Assembly (NCBI GenBank): GCA_036276015.1
Contig: DASUCN010000011.1
Coordinates: 16,057-80,056 of the forward strand
Origin: Gaiellaceae bacterium
GTDB taxonomy: Bacteria; Actinomycetota; Thermoleophilia; Gaiellales; Gaiellaceae
DNA: 64,000 nucleotides
Reading direction: 5' to 3'
Below, in pieces: positions 7,191 to 16,750 of the stretch. A program made the position numbers and the translations under genes. The notes beneath the pieces are model-generated. The model searched no databases. It was not told the origin of the DNA and was given only the letters and a program-made list of their open reading frames with translations. Within the stretch, counting starts at the first letter, position 1. Each line of letters begins with the position of its first letter.

Positions 7191-10135
7191 CCGTGCTGTT
7201 CGTGGACATCGTCGACTCGACGCGCCTGGTGACGGGCGCAGATCCCGAGGTCGTGCGGCGACGGGTCACACGCTTCTTCGAGACGGTCTCCAGTTGCGTG
7301 CGGCAGCACGGGGGCATCGTCGAGAAGTTCGCAGGCGACGCGGTGATGGCGGCGTTCGGTGTTCCTCAGGCGCACGAGGACGACGCGCAGCGCGCGATCC
7401 GGGCGGCGCTCGCGATGCGCGCAGCCGTCGACGAGCTCCAGCTCGAGGCGCGCATCGGGATCGAGGCCGGCGAAGTCGTCGTGGACGGTGCGGAGTCGAC
7501 CTTCGCCACCGGCGAGGCCGTCAACCTCGCGGCACGCCTGCAGGAGGCGGCGCGACCCGGGGAGATCCTCGTCGGTCCCACCGCCTACCGGCTCGCAGCC
7601 GGGAGTCTCGTAGGCGAGGACGCCGGCCCCCTCGAGCTGAAGGGGATCGACGGGCCGTTTCGGGCATGGCGCGTCGTCGATCTCCTCGACGGGCCGGGCC
7701 GTCCGGTCGGGCCGCGTGCCCCGCTCGTCGGGCGCGAGGCCGAGCTCGAGCTCCTCGAGAACACGTTCAATCGCAGCTTGCGCGATCGCCGCGCGCACCT
7801 GTTCACGATCTACGGCGAGGCCGGCGTCGGGAAGAGCCGGCTTGCGCGAGAGTTCCTCGACGGCGTCGAGCGGGCGAGCGTTCTCATGGGCCGCGCGCTC
7901 CCGTACGGAGAGGGCGTCACGTACTGGCCGCTGGGCGAGATGGTGAAGGCGGCGGCCGGGATCTCCGACGACGACCCGCTCGAGGAGGCTTTCGAGAAGC
8001 TGCGTGAGTGCTGCGCGGAGGAGGCGGTCGCCGACGTGCTGGGTCTCGCTTCCGGGCTCATGGAGGCGCTCGAGGGCGAGCGAAGCCCGCAGGAGATCGC
8101 CTGGGCCGCACGCGAGGTCATGCAGGGCATTGCCGACGTGCAGCCCTTGATCTTGCTCTTCGAGGACATCCACTGGGCCGAGGCGCCGCTGCTCGACCTC
8201 ATCGAGCACATCGCGGATTGGGTGCGGGCGCCCGTCCTCATCCTCTGCCTCGCCAGGCCGGAGCTCCTCGAGACGCGACCGGACTGGGGTGGAGGTCGCG
8301 TTCGCTCGACCGCCATCGAGCTCGAACCGCTCTCCGAGGACGAGAGCGCCGAGCTCGTGGAGCAGCTTCTCAGTCAGCTCGCGGGGGCTGCGGGCGAGCG
8401 TCCGACGTCACTCCCGCGGGAAGCGCTCGATCGGGCGGAGGGGAATCCGCTCTTCGTCGAGGAGACGATCCGCATGCTCGTCGAGTCGGGCTCCGGTAAC
8501 GGCTCGGCCGATCGCGTCCCTGACACGCTGCAGGCGCTCATCGCAGCCCGTATCGACCATCTCTCGCCCGACGCGAAGACACTGCTGCAGCGCGCATCCG
8601 TCATTGGTCGCGTCTTCTGGCGCGGAGCGCTCGAGCACCTCGCGCCAGACGTCGCCGACCACACCGAGGCGCTGGAGGACCTGCTGGGGCGGGAGTTCCT
8701 CCTTCGAGAGCCGCGCTCGTCGATCTCCGGTGAGGCCGCCTATCGCTTCAAGCATGCGCTCATCCGCGAGGTCGCCTACACGGGCTTGTCGAAGCTTGCC
8801 CGCGCCCAGTACCACGCCCGTTTCGCCGAGTGGCTCGCGGATCGCACGGGCGAGGAGCTCGTCGAGATCCGCGCGTATCACCTCGACCAGGCCGTCGAGT
8901 TCCTCACCGAGCTCGAGGGAGCGCCGCCGGAGGAGCTCGCACACGAGACTGCTGCCGCGCTGGTGAAGGCGGCCAAGCGTGCGATCGCCCGCGAGTCGTA
9001 CGCGAACGCGCGCTCGCTCGGCGTGCGCGCGCTCGAGCTCCGCCCGACCCTCGGTGCCAGGTACGTGGCCGCACGGGCGGCATGGAGGCTGCAGGACTGG
9101 TCGGCCGTGCAGGTGGAGATGGAGAAGGTGCGCGAGCAGGCGCGGGCGCTGGACGATCGGGTCCTCGAGGCGATGGCCGTCGCAGCGCTCGGCGAGGCTG
9201 CGCTCAAGCGTGACGGCGACGCGGATCGTGCACAGGAGCTCGTCGATCGAGCGCTCGAGATGCTCGCCGACCAGGACGACCCGGTTGCACGGTTCGAGGC
9301 GCTCACCATCCGCGCGATCATCGCCGGCTGGCACGCGAACATGGACGAGGTCGTGCTCTACATGGAGCGGGCCTACGCGCTGGCAATGGACGCAGGTCGC
9401 AAGGATCTCCAGACGACTGCGGCGCAGATCCTCGCGCAGACGCACCTCGTTCGCCTGGAGCTCGACGAGGCCGAGCTCTTGCTCACGCGAGCTCTCGAGC
9501 TGGCCGGCGAGAGCGGGAGCATCCGGTCGCGTGCGGGAGCATCGCTCGCCTACGGCTGGTTTCTCTCCCTGAGGGGCGAGCTCGACGCCGCCGAGACGGT
9601 GTACGAGGAGGTGCGACAGTCCGCGACCGAGCTCGGGATCGAGCCCACGATCGCGGCCGCGCTCATGAGGCTCGGCGGTGTGGCCGTCAAGCGGGGCGAC
9701 TACCGTCGCGCAGAGAAGCTCTTTCGCGAGGCGTTACGGATCACCGCGACGCGTGGCGATCGCGGGTTCCTTCCGGACACCAAGGCGTCGCTTGCGGAGG
9801 TCCTCGCCCTGGTCGGGAAGATCGACGAGGCCGAGCGGTTGATGGCCGAGGTGCAGAGGAGCCCGAGGCCGGAGGACAAGCACTTCGCGGTTACGGTCGA
9901 CGGGGTGCTCGCGATCGTCCGCGCCGCGCAGGGTCGCGACGAGGAGGCCGAGGCGCTGTTCCGGCGTGCGATCGAAGGGACCAAGGACGGCTGGCCGGCG
10001 CTCGAGCTCGAAGTCCTCGAACGCCTGGTCGTCTTCTATCGCGAGCGCGGGCGTGAGGACGACGCAGCGGCTTGTCAGGAGCGGATCGCGGAGCTCGTTC
10101 CGGCCGAGCCCTCGAGCACCGAGCGGATCGCCTGA
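7172..10135 (+). CDS. Class III adenylate/guanylate cyclase domain fused to a P-loop STAND-type ATPase and TPR repeats
   Basis: The N-terminal cyclase has VLFVDIVDSTRL...KFAGDAVMAAFG. The Walker A is GEAGVGKSRL. The long C-terminus is made of TPR-like helical repeats. GTG is at 7172. Confidence 0.9.
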   Translation: MERKLASVLFVDIVDSTRLVTGADPEVVRRRVTRFFETVSSCVRQHGGIVEKFAGDAVMAAFGVPQAHEDDAQRAIRAALAMRAAVDELQLEARIGIEAGEVVVDGAESTFATGEAVNLAARLQEAARPGEILVGPTAYRLAAGSLVGEDAGPLELKGIDGPFRAWRVVDLLDGPGRPVGPRAPLVGREAELELLENTFNRSLRDRRAHLFTIYGEAGVGKSRLAREFLDGVERASVLMGRALPYGEGVTYWPLGEMVKAAAGISDDDPLEEAFEKLRECCAEEAVADVLGLASGLMEALEGERSPQEIAWAAREVMQGIADVQPLILLFEDIHWAEAPLLDLIEHIADWVRAPVLILCLARPELLETRPDWGGGRVRSTAIELEPLSEDESAELVEQLLSQLAGAAGERPTSLPREALDRAEGNPLFVEETIRMLVESGSGNGSADRVPDTLQALIAARIDHLSPDAKTLLQRASVIGRVFWRGALEHLAPDVADHTEALEDLLGREFLLREPRSSISGEAAYRFKHALIREVAYTGLSKLARAQYHARFAEWLADRTGEELVEIRAYHLDQAVEFLTELEGAPPEELAHETAAALVKAAKRAIARESYANARSLGVRALELRPTLGARYVAARAAWRLQDWSAVQVEMEKVREQARALDDRVLEAMAVAALGEAALKRDGDADRAQELVDRALEMLADQDDPVARFEALTIRAIIAGWHANMDEVVLYMERAYALAMDAGRKDLQTTAAQILAQTHLVRLELDEAELLLTRALELAGESGSIRSRAGASLAYGWFLSLRGELDAAETVYEEVRQSATELGIEPTIAAALMRLGGVAVKRGDYRRAEKLFREALRITATRGDRGFLPDTKASLAEVLALVGKIDEAERLMAEVQRSPRPEDKHFAVTVDGVLAIVRAAQGRDEEAEALFRRAIEGTKDGWPALELEVLERLVVFYRERGREDDAAACQERIAELVPAEPSSTERIA

Positions 10136-10923
10136 CTCGACCCCTCGTCCGGTGACTCGGAGATGACGGTTGCAGGGCGGTCGAAGCGTGCGAGCGCGTC
10201 GCGGAGCGGTTCTGCGCGAAGCGTGCCCTCGCCGTAGGGCAGGTGCTTCGTCTCGTTCCGGTTCGCGAAGGCGATGTCGGAGAAGTGGATGTGGAACGGC
10301 ACCCCGGGCTCGAGGACGCCGTCGGCGAGGGCGAGAGCCTCGCGGAACGGCTCCACCTCGAGGAACGCGCCGTCGCTCGTCGCGTGCATGTGCGCGAAGT
10401 CGAGAACCGGTCGGACCCAGTCCACGCGGCGGGAGATCTCGACGACATCGTCGACCGAGCCGAGGTCACGCACGCGTCCCATCACCTCGATTCCGAACGG
10501 CACTGCCCGCTCTTTCGAAACGAGGCGCTCCCTGAGCGTTCCCAGCTGCTCGACGACCGCGTCGATCGCATCCTCACGGCTACGCCCGAGAAAGAATCCT
10601 GGATGGAAGACGACGAGCTCGGCGCCGCTCCTGGCAGCGATACCGGCGCTCCGGTCGAGGGCGCCGACCGCGGAGGTGAACTTGCGCCCGCTGGCCTCGA
10701 GATGCCCCATGAACCCGAAGAGTGGGGCGTGGACCGAAAGGGCGACGTCGTGGTCGCGCGCGAGCTCACCGAGGCGCTCCGCGAACGGGTAGTCCATCCA
10801 GAAGCCGCTCTCGAAGTCGATCTCACAGGCCGAGTACCCGCGCTCGAGGAGGAGCTCGAGCGCCTGCTCCGGCGACTCGCGCGAAGGCATGCGGGCGGGG
10901 CCGACACGGATGCGAGCTGCCAC
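10075..10923 (-). CDS. Xylose-isomerase-like TIM-barrel protein (sugar-phosphate isomerase/epimerase or AP-endonuclease-2 family)
   Basis: It shows the pattern GYSACEIDF...SVHAP...LVVFHPG...IEVMG...DFAHMH...HIHFSD typical of this fold. The start is GTG 10923, with ATG 10890 as an alternative. The 3' end overlaps the convergent cyclase gene by 61 nt. Confidence 0.8.
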   Translation of the reverse strand: MAARIRVGPARMPSRESPEQALELLLERGYSACEIDFESGFWMDYPFAERLGELARDHDVALSVHAPLFGFMGHLEASGRKFTSAVGALDRSAGIAARSGAELVVFHPGFFLGRSREDAIDAVVEQLGTLRERLVSKERAVPFGIEVMGRVRDLGSVDDVVEISRRVDWVRPVLDFAHMHATSDGAFLEVEPFREALALADGVLEPGVPFHIHFSDIAFANRNETKHLPYGEGTLRAEPLRDALARFDRPATVISESPDEGSSQAIRSVLEGSAGTSSAIRS

Positions 10924-10964
10924 GCCCCGATCGTAGACGGCCGTGATGTGAGAGCCTTCCGGAC

Positions 10965-11390
10965 GTGAAGGCGACGATGCTCCTCGCCGACTACGCCGTC
11001 GTCTCGGACGGGAAGCTCACCATCGTGGGTGGCGGCTGGTCGCAGACGGGGCCTGAGCCGGCGGCATTCGGCATCGGGCTGCTCATCCAGGTTCCGTGGG
11101 ATCAGGCGAACACGCGCCACTCGTTCTCGGTCGAGCTCCTCGACTCCGACGGAACCCCGATCGGGTTCGAGGACGGAGAGGAGTCCGACCAGGTCGTGGC
11201 GTTCGGCGGCGAGTTCGAGGTCGGACGGCCGCCGGGCCTCAAACCGGGCACACCGCTCGATTTCCCGGTAGCGGTCAACTCGACCCCGCTCCCGCTGGAG
11301 CCGGGGAGATACGAGTGGAGGCTGACCATTGACGGCGTCGCGCGCGAGGACTGGACGCTGCCGTTCACCGTTCGCAGCGAAGAAGGCTGA
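10965..11390 (+). CDS. Hypothetical protein
   Basis: The composition is clean and protein-like with high GC3. I recognised no motif. Confidence 0.55.
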   Translation: MKATMLLADYAVVSDGKLTIVGGGWSQTGPEPAAFGIGLLIQVPWDQANTRHSFSVELLDSDGTPIGFEDGEESDQVVAFGGEFEVGRPPGLKPGTPLDFPVAVNSTPLPLEPGRYEWRLTIDGVAREDWTLPFTVRSEEG

Positions 11391-11431
11391 TCCGGGCCAC
11401 TTCCGTCCGACCGGACCCGTACGCTCGAAAC

Positions 11432-11698
11432 GTGTCCGGAGAGCTCCCACAGACCCCTTCGCGCATCGACCTGCTCGAGCTCGATATCGACCTCCGTCTC
11501 GCCGATCTCTGGCGGGAGGCAGTGGACGTGGACGAGTGGAGTCTCGAGATCGTCGCCGCGTTCATCCGGGCCGCCTACGGGAAGGGGTACTGCGACGTGC
11601 TGACGGAGGAGCAGCCCGGGTCGCTCTGCATCGACCACGGGTACCGCATGCCCGACCGCCGTGCGTCCGCGCCGGATCGGGCCGAGCGCGCGGCCTGA
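11432..11698 (+). CDS. Hypothetical small acidic protein
   Basis: It is an 88-aa ORF with a GTG start and plausible composition for the first ~65 aa. No motif was recognised. Confidence 0.4.
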   Translation: MSGELPQTPSRIDLLELDIDLRLADLWREAVDVDEWSLEIVAAFIRAAYGKGYCDVLTEEQPGSLCIDHGYRMPDRRASAPDRAERAA

Positions 11699-11743
11699 TC
11701 GCCTCTGCGGGAGCACCGGGCACGCCCGGGCTAGACTTCCCGC

Positions 11744-12151
11744 ATGGCCCGGAAGGCGAGTCCGGCGCGGCTCGTGATCGCCCTGTCGGTGGCGGGCGTG
11801 CTCGCCGTGTTCCTCCTCTACACGTCCATCGCGGGCGGTGGAAACCCCTCGCTCGCCCCGAGCGAGCTCGCCGGGCGCTCGGGTGACGTACAGCTCGCAG
11901 GGCTCGTCGTCGGCCCGGTTCGGGGTGACGCGCACGACGGCGGCCTCCGCTTCCGGCTCAAGGACATCTCGGGCGACAGCACGACGAAGGTCGCGGTCCT
12001 CTACACGGGCTCCGTCCCGGATCTCTTCAAGGTCGGCCGGCACATCGTGGTCGACGGTGAGCTGCGAAGTGGGACCTTCGTGGCGCAGCCCGGCTCGATG
12101 ATCACGAAGTGCCCCTCGAAGTACGTGCCGAAGCAGAGCGGCTCCGCCTGA
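11744..12151 (+). CDS. ccmE: Cytochrome c maturation haem chaperone CcmE, Cys variant (CPSKY in place of HxxxY)
   Basis: It has an N-terminal TM anchor and an OB-fold-like body (RFRLKD...VAVLYTGSVPDLFKVGRHIVVDGEL). The C-terminal motif is ITKCPSKY, where canonical CcmE has H-x3-Y. It lies directly upstream of ccmF. Confidence 0.85.
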   Translation: MARKASPARLVIALSVAGVLAVFLLYTSIAGGGNPSLAPSELAGRSGDVQLAGLVVGPVRGDAHDGGLRFRLKDISGDSTTKVAVLYTGSVPDLFKVGRHIVVDGELRSGTFVAQPGSMITKCPSKYVPKQSGSA

Positions 12152-12160
12152 CCCTCCCCG

Positions 12161-14155
12161 ATGCCTGAGCTCGGACGCGCCGCGCTCCTCGTCACGCTCG
12201 GCCTGTCCGTGTACGCCCTCGTGGCGGGCGCGGCGGCGGCGCATCTCGGGCGGCGTCGACTCGCACAGTCCGCTCGAAACGCGCTCGTGGCGTCGTTCGT
12301 CACGACCGCTGTCGCCTCGGCCGTTCTCCTTGCTGCGCTCGTCCGCAACGACTTCTCGTTCACCTACGTCGCCCGCACGACGAGCGAGGCCCTCCCGACG
12401 GCGTACACGATCTCGGCGTTCTGGGGAGGGCAAGAGGGCTCGCTTCTCCTGTGGCTCTTGATCCTGACCGCGTTCGGGGCCGTTGCCGTCTCGCTGAACC
12501 GGACATGGGCGCGCGACCTCATCGTCTGGGTCGTCCCGGTGTTCGCCGCGGTCTCGACGTTCTTCGCATTTCTCCTCGTCGCCGTGGCGAGCCCATTCGC
12601 GACCCAGGCGGCGCCGCCGGACGGTGCCGGGATGACGCCGAGCCTTCAGAACCCGTACATGCTCGCGCACCCACCGCTCCTCTACCTCGGGTACGTCGGG
12701 CTCACGGTGCCGTTCGCATTCGCGATCGGGGCGCTCCTGTCCGGCAAGCTGGACGAGCGCTGGCTCATCGCAACGCGGCGTTTCACGCTCTTCGCGTGGG
12801 CAGCGCTCGGAATCGGCCAGCTCCTCGGCAGCCACTGGGCCTACGTCGAGGTCGGGTGGGGCGGGTACTACGCTTGGGATCCGGTCGAGAACGCCGCCCT
12901 CATGCCGTGGCTCGCCGCAACGGCGTTTCTGCACTCGGTGATGATCCAGGAGAAGCGCGGAATGCTGAAGGTGTGGAACGTGCTCCTCGTCATCCTCGCG
13001 TTCTCGCTCGCGCTCTTCGGGACGTTCCTCACGCGTTCCGGTGTGGTCAACTCGATCCATTCCTTCACGCAGAGCTCGATCGGACCGTGGTTCCTCGCGT
13101 TCATCGGCCTCGTCGTCGCGGTATCGATCGGTCTCGTGCTCTGGCGGCTCCCGTCGCTCAGGTCGCCCACGCGGCTCGAGTCGCCGATCTCGCGCGAGGC
13201 GGCGTTCCTCTACAACAACCTGCTCCTCCTCGCGCTCTGCCTCGCGATCCTGTGGGGTGTCGTGTACCCGATGCTTTCCGAGGCGGTGCGCGGTGAGGCG
13301 ATCGTGCTCGGGCGCTCGTACTACGACTTCTTCCTACGCGCCTTCGGGCTCCCGCTCCTGCTCCTGATGGGCATCGGCCCGCTCATCGCGTGGCGGCGTG
13401 CGTCGCTCGCGAGCCTCCTCACGACATTCCGCTGGCCGACCGGCGTCGCGCTCGTCACCGGTGTCGTGCTGCTCGTGCTCGGTGCCGGAAGCTCCGTCCC
13501 CGGTCTCGTCGCGTACACGTTCTCCGCGTTCGTCATGACGACGATCGTGCTGGAGTTCGCACGCGGGACCCGCGCACGGAAGGCGCTGGGCGCGAGCTCG
13601 TGGCCGGCCGCGTTCGGGTCGCTCATGTCGCGCAACCGCCGTCGCTACGGCGGGTACGTCGTCCACGCTGCGATCGTCATGCTCGCGATCGGCATCGCGG
13701 GCTCGAGCGCGTTCGACTCGGCCGCGGATGCACGGCTCGAGCGGGGCGACGCGTTGCGGATCGGCGACTACACGCTCGTCTACCGCTCGCTCGACGAACG
13801 ACAGGTGTCCAACGCGACCGAGATCCGCGCGACGCTTGAGGTGCGCCGAGGCGACGAGGCTCTCGGGACGCTCCAGGCGGGCAAGAACGCCTACACCGTG
13901 GAACAGCAGGTCTCGAACGAGGTCGGCATCCGCAGCGACCGGCTGACGGGGGAGGACCTGTTCGTGATCGCCGAGCAGATCAATCCGGACGGGAGCGTGA
14001 ACTTCCGCGTGTTCGTGAAGCCGCTCGTCAACCTGATCTGGCTGGCCGGGCTCGTGTTCCTCATCGGCTCGGTGATCACGCTGTGGCCGGACCGGCGCGA
14101 GCAGCGCAGGCTCGTACGGCGCGCCTCCGAGGTCGGTCTTCCCGCATCCGCGTGA
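12161..14155 (+). CDS. ccmF: Cytochrome c-type biogenesis protein CcmF (haem lyase component)
   Basis: It is a polytopic membrane protein with the WWD motif WGGYYAWDPVENAALMPWL. Confidence 0.95.
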   Translation: MPELGRAALLVTLGLSVYALVAGAAAAHLGRRRLAQSARNALVASFVTTAVASAVLLAALVRNDFSFTYVARTTSEALPTAYTISAFWGGQEGSLLLWLLILTAFGAVAVSLNRTWARDLIVWVVPVFAAVSTFFAFLLVAVASPFATQAAPPDGAGMTPSLQNPYMLAHPPLLYLGYVGLTVPFAFAIGALLSGKLDERWLIATRRFTLFAWAALGIGQLLGSHWAYVEVGWGGYYAWDPVENAALMPWLAATAFLHSVMIQEKRGMLKVWNVLLVILAFSLALFGTFLTRSGVVNSIHSFTQSSIGPWFLAFIGLVVAVSIGLVLWRLPSLRSPTRLESPISREAAFLYNNLLLLALCLAILWGVVYPMLSEAVRGEAIVLGRSYYDFFLRAFGLPLLLLMGIGPLIAWRRASLASLLTTFRWPTGVALVTGVVLLVLGAGSSVPGLVAYTFSAFVMTTIVLEFARGTRARKALGASSWPAAFGSLMSRNRRRYGGYVVHAAIVMLAIGIAGSSAFDSAADARLERGDALRIGDYTLVYRSLDERQVSNATEIRATLEVRRGDEALGTLQAGKNAYTVEQQVSNEVGIRSDRLTGEDLFVIAEQINPDGSVNFRVFVKPLVNLIWLAGLVFLIGSVITLWPDRREQRRLVRRASEVGLPASA

Positions 14156-14475
14156 CCGTCGCGCTCGTCCTCGCCGCGGCGCTCGCCGTCGCGTGTGTCG
14201 TTGCGGTCGCGCTTCCGTTCATTCGCGAGCCGGAGCCCGAGTCGGACCTCCTCGTCGAGCTCGACGCGGAGGAGCTGAGGCGGCTCGAGCTGCTCGAGGA
14301 ACGTGATCGGGCGCTTGCGGCGCTCAAGGAGCTCGAGTTCGAGCACCGTACGGGAACGATCTCGGACGAGGACTATCGCGCGCAGCTGGCGCCGCTCCGC
14401 CGCGACGTCGCAGCCGCGCTCCAGGCGCTGGCGAGCGATTCCGAGCAGGGTCGACAGGTCGATGCGCGAAACTAG
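14152..14475 (+). CDS. Small single-TM protein, CcmI N-terminal-module-like
   Basis: GTG 14152 overlaps the ccmF stop (GTGA). It has a TM helix (VALVLAAALAVACVVAVALPF) and then LKELEFEHRTGTISDEDYRAQL, which resembles the 'L.EL.rD...G.i...e' segment of CcmI/CycH N-termini. The assignment is tentative. Confidence 0.5.
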   Translation: MTVALVLAAALAVACVVAVALPFIREPEPESDLLVELDAEELRRLELLEERDRALAALKELEFEHRTGTISDEDYRAQLAPLRRDVAAALQALASDSEQGRQVDARN

Positions 14476-14479
14476 GGCC

Positions 14480-15664
14480 ATGGGACGGAAAGCCCTCGTC
14501 CTCGTCTGCCTCCTCACGCTGGTCGTGGTGGCGTCGGCCTCGGCGCAGACGCCCGAAAGCGAGAAGGCGGCCGTCGACGCCCGGATCGCAGCGCTGCAGG
14601 CGGAGATTGCGGAATCGAAGGCCAAGGAGGGCGTTCTCACGTCGCAGCTCTCGGCGGTCGTCGCCGAGCTGGAGGACGCCCAGGCCGCCGTTGCCACGGC
14701 ACAGGCCGGGGTCGCTGCGCTTGAGGCCGAGCTCGCGTCCGCACAGGCTCGCCTGTCCGAGCTGACCGCGCTTCTCGACCAGCAGACCCGCCGGCTCGAG
14801 CGTCTGCGCGCCGAGTACCGCAAGGCGGTGGCGATCCTCGAGGCGCGCGTGCGCGCCGCATACATCGACGAGCCTCCCGACCTCGTGTCGTTCCTCGTCT
14901 CCGCGTCGAGCTTCGACGAGGTGATCGACAGCGTCGAGCTCGTGTCGCGCATCAGCCGTCAGGATCAGCGCATCGCGAAGCAGGTCGAGCAGGCGAGGAT
15001 CCAGGCAGCAGCCGAGCGCAAGGCGACCGTGGAGACACGCAGGCTCCAGGAGGACACCGTGTCCGTGATCGCCGCTCGCGCCAGCGAAGCTCGAGTGGCC
15101 AGGGATCTGCTGGCGAGCGAGCGCGACCGGCTGTCGACGGTCGAGTCCCTCAAGCAGAGCGCGCTGACGAGCGAGCGCGAGTCGCGTGCCGAGTATCTCG
15201 CCGAGGTCGAGGGTCTCCTCGCTCAGAGTGCCGCGCTCGCGACCAGGATTCGCGGGGCGCAGGAGGGAGCCGGGACGACGGGCACCGGCCAGCCGTCGGC
15301 GGCCGGGCTCATCTGGCCGTGCGACGGCGTCGTCGTCAGCGGCTTCGGGATGCGGTGGGGCCGGATGCACGAGGGAATCGACATCGGCTGTGCCTTCGGA
15401 ACCCCGAACCGTGCGGCCGCTGCCGGCACCGTGATCTACTCGGGCTGGCTCGGCGGCTACGGGAATCTCGTCGTGATCGACCACGGCAACGGTCTGTCGA
15501 CGGCGTACGCTCACGCGACCACGCTGCTCGTGAGCGTGGGCCAGTCGGTCTCGCAGGGGGAGACGGTCTCGCTCGTCGGGTCCACGGGGAACTCGTCGGG
15601 CCCTCATTTGCACTTCGAGGTGCGCGTGAACGGCTCCGCGGTCGACCCGCTGCTCTACCTCTAG
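14480..15664 (+). CDS. Secreted coiled-coil M23 (LytM-type) metallopeptidase, EnvC-like architecture
   Basis: The internal ATG is at 14480, followed by a signal peptide (LVLVCLLTLVVVASASAQ). A long coiled coil follows. The M23 motifs are HEGIDIG, VVIDHGNGLSTAYAH and GPHLHFEVRVNG. Confidence 0.9.
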   Translation: MGRKALVLVCLLTLVVVASASAQTPESEKAAVDARIAALQAEIAESKAKEGVLTSQLSAVVAELEDAQAAVATAQAGVAALEAELASAQARLSELTALLDQQTRRLERLRAEYRKAVAILEARVRAAYIDEPPDLVSFLVSASSFDEVIDSVELVSRISRQDQRIAKQVEQARIQAAAERKATVETRRLQEDTVSVIAARASEARVARDLLASERDRLSTVESLKQSALTSERESRAEYLAEVEGLLAQSAALATRIRGAQEGAGTTGTGQPSAAGLIWPCDGVVVSGFGMRWGRMHEGIDIGCAFGTPNRAAAAGTVIYSGWLGGYGNLVVIDHGNGLSTAYAHATTLLVSVGQSVSQGETVSLVGSTGNSSGPHLHFEVRVNGSAVDPLLYL

Positions 15665-15689
15665 CGGGACCCGAGCGGGCTCTGCGCCG

Positions 15690-16265
15690 TCAGGCTGCCT
15701 CGGTCGCGGCGCTCGGGAGCGCGACCGAACTGACGAGGTGGAGATCCGGCAATGCCCGCCAGCTCTCGTCGAGCCCGAGCCCGTAGCCGGCGAACAGCTC
15801 GTCGGGCACCGTGAAACCCGTGAAGCGAAGCGGGAGCGCGTCCACGAGGCGTCGAACCGGGCGGTCGAGGAGCGCCACGGCGGCGAGGCTCGCGGGATTC
15901 CGGAGGCCGAGCGTCCGGCAGAGGAAGTGGAGCGTGAGACCCGTGTCGACGACGTCCTCGACGAGGAGGACGTGCCGGCCCTCGAGAGGTGAGTCGACGT
16001 CCTTGAGGAGGCGCACGCCGCCGCCCTGTCCACCCGTGTACGGCGCAAGCTCGACGACGTCAAGGGTGTGCGGGATCGAGAGCGCGCGCGTCAGGTCGGC
16101 GAGGAAGACGACGCTCGACTTGAGCGGCGCGATGAGGATCGGGTCGAGCTCGTCGTAGGCCGCCGATATCTCCTGGCCGAGCTCGGCCACGCGCGTGGCG
16201 ATCTCGGCCCGCGTGAGGTAGACGGCCCCGACCGCACCCGGATCGGATGTGTGCGCGTGCGCCAC
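15690..16265 (-). CDS. hpt: Hypoxanthine-guanine phosphoribosyltransferase
   Basis: The PRPP-binding loop is VLLVEDVVDTGLTL. The start is GTG at 16263-16265. Confidence 0.9.
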   Translation of the reverse strand: MAHAHTSDPGAVGAVYLTRAEIATRVAELGQEISAAYDELDPILIAPLKSSVVFLADLTRALSIPHTLDVVELAPYTGGQGGGVRLLKDVDSPLEGRHVLLVEDVVDTGLTLHFLCRTLGLRNPASLAAVALLDRPVRRLVDALPLRFTGFTVPDELFAGYGLGLDESWRALPDLHLVSSVALPSAATEAA

Positions 16266-16750
16266 TACGAAGCCAGCCGCAGTCTGTACCGCTGCGCGAG
16301 CCGCTCGATGTCGCGACGGTAGAAGAGCTTCACCTTGACGTGCGGGTAGAGGCGCTGGACCTCGCGAAGCTTTCGGTTCTTCCGGGTCACGAGCGACTGT
16401 TTCATGACCGTGACCTCGATGAACAAGTTCTGCTCGGGGAGGTAGAAGTCCGGCGTGAAGGCGCTGACGACCTTCCCGTTCTCGTCACGCTCCAGGACGA
16501 ACGAGTGTGGCTCGTAGTCCCAGGGGATGCCGTAGTAGTCGAGGATCTTTGCGCACTCGACCTCGACCCGGTTCGCGAACCGCGGAGCTTCGCTTCCGCA
16601 ATATGCCTGGAAAACGGGACTTTCCTCCCGCACCTGGGCCAGGGTAGCAACGGCCTCGGACGACCCCCGACGAGCCGCCGTAGACTTCGATCGTGTTCCG
16701 GATCGCGCAGTTCTCCGACCTCCACTGCGGCGAGACCTACTTCGAGGCAA
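16265..16750 (-). CDS. Conserved-looking hypothetical protein (start uncertain)
   Basis: The C-terminal ~120 aa are Lys-containing and protein-like (ILDYYGIPWDYEPHSF...FTPDFYLPEQNLFIEVTVMK...). The N-terminal ~35 aa are Arg/Ser-rich and overlap the divergent gene at 16693. An alternative GTG is at 16633. Confidence 0.55.
   Translation of the reverse strand: MPRSRSRRSGGRRTARSGTRSKSTAARRGSSEAVATLAQVREESPVFQAYCGSEAPRFANRVEVECAKILDYYGIPWDYEPHSFVLERDENGKVVSAFTPDFYLPEQNLFIEVTVMKQSLVTRKNRKLREVQRLYPHVKVKLFYRRDIERLAQRYRLRLAS

Noticed and set aside
16265-16750. PD-(D/E)xK nuclease assignment for the hypothetical protein next to hpt, based on the segment PDFYLPEQNLFIEVTVMK.
   Set aside because: The spacing (E-x4-K) does not fit the canonical (D/E)-x-K motif, and I cannot confirm the fold without a profile or structure search. 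I kept it as a hypothetical protein.
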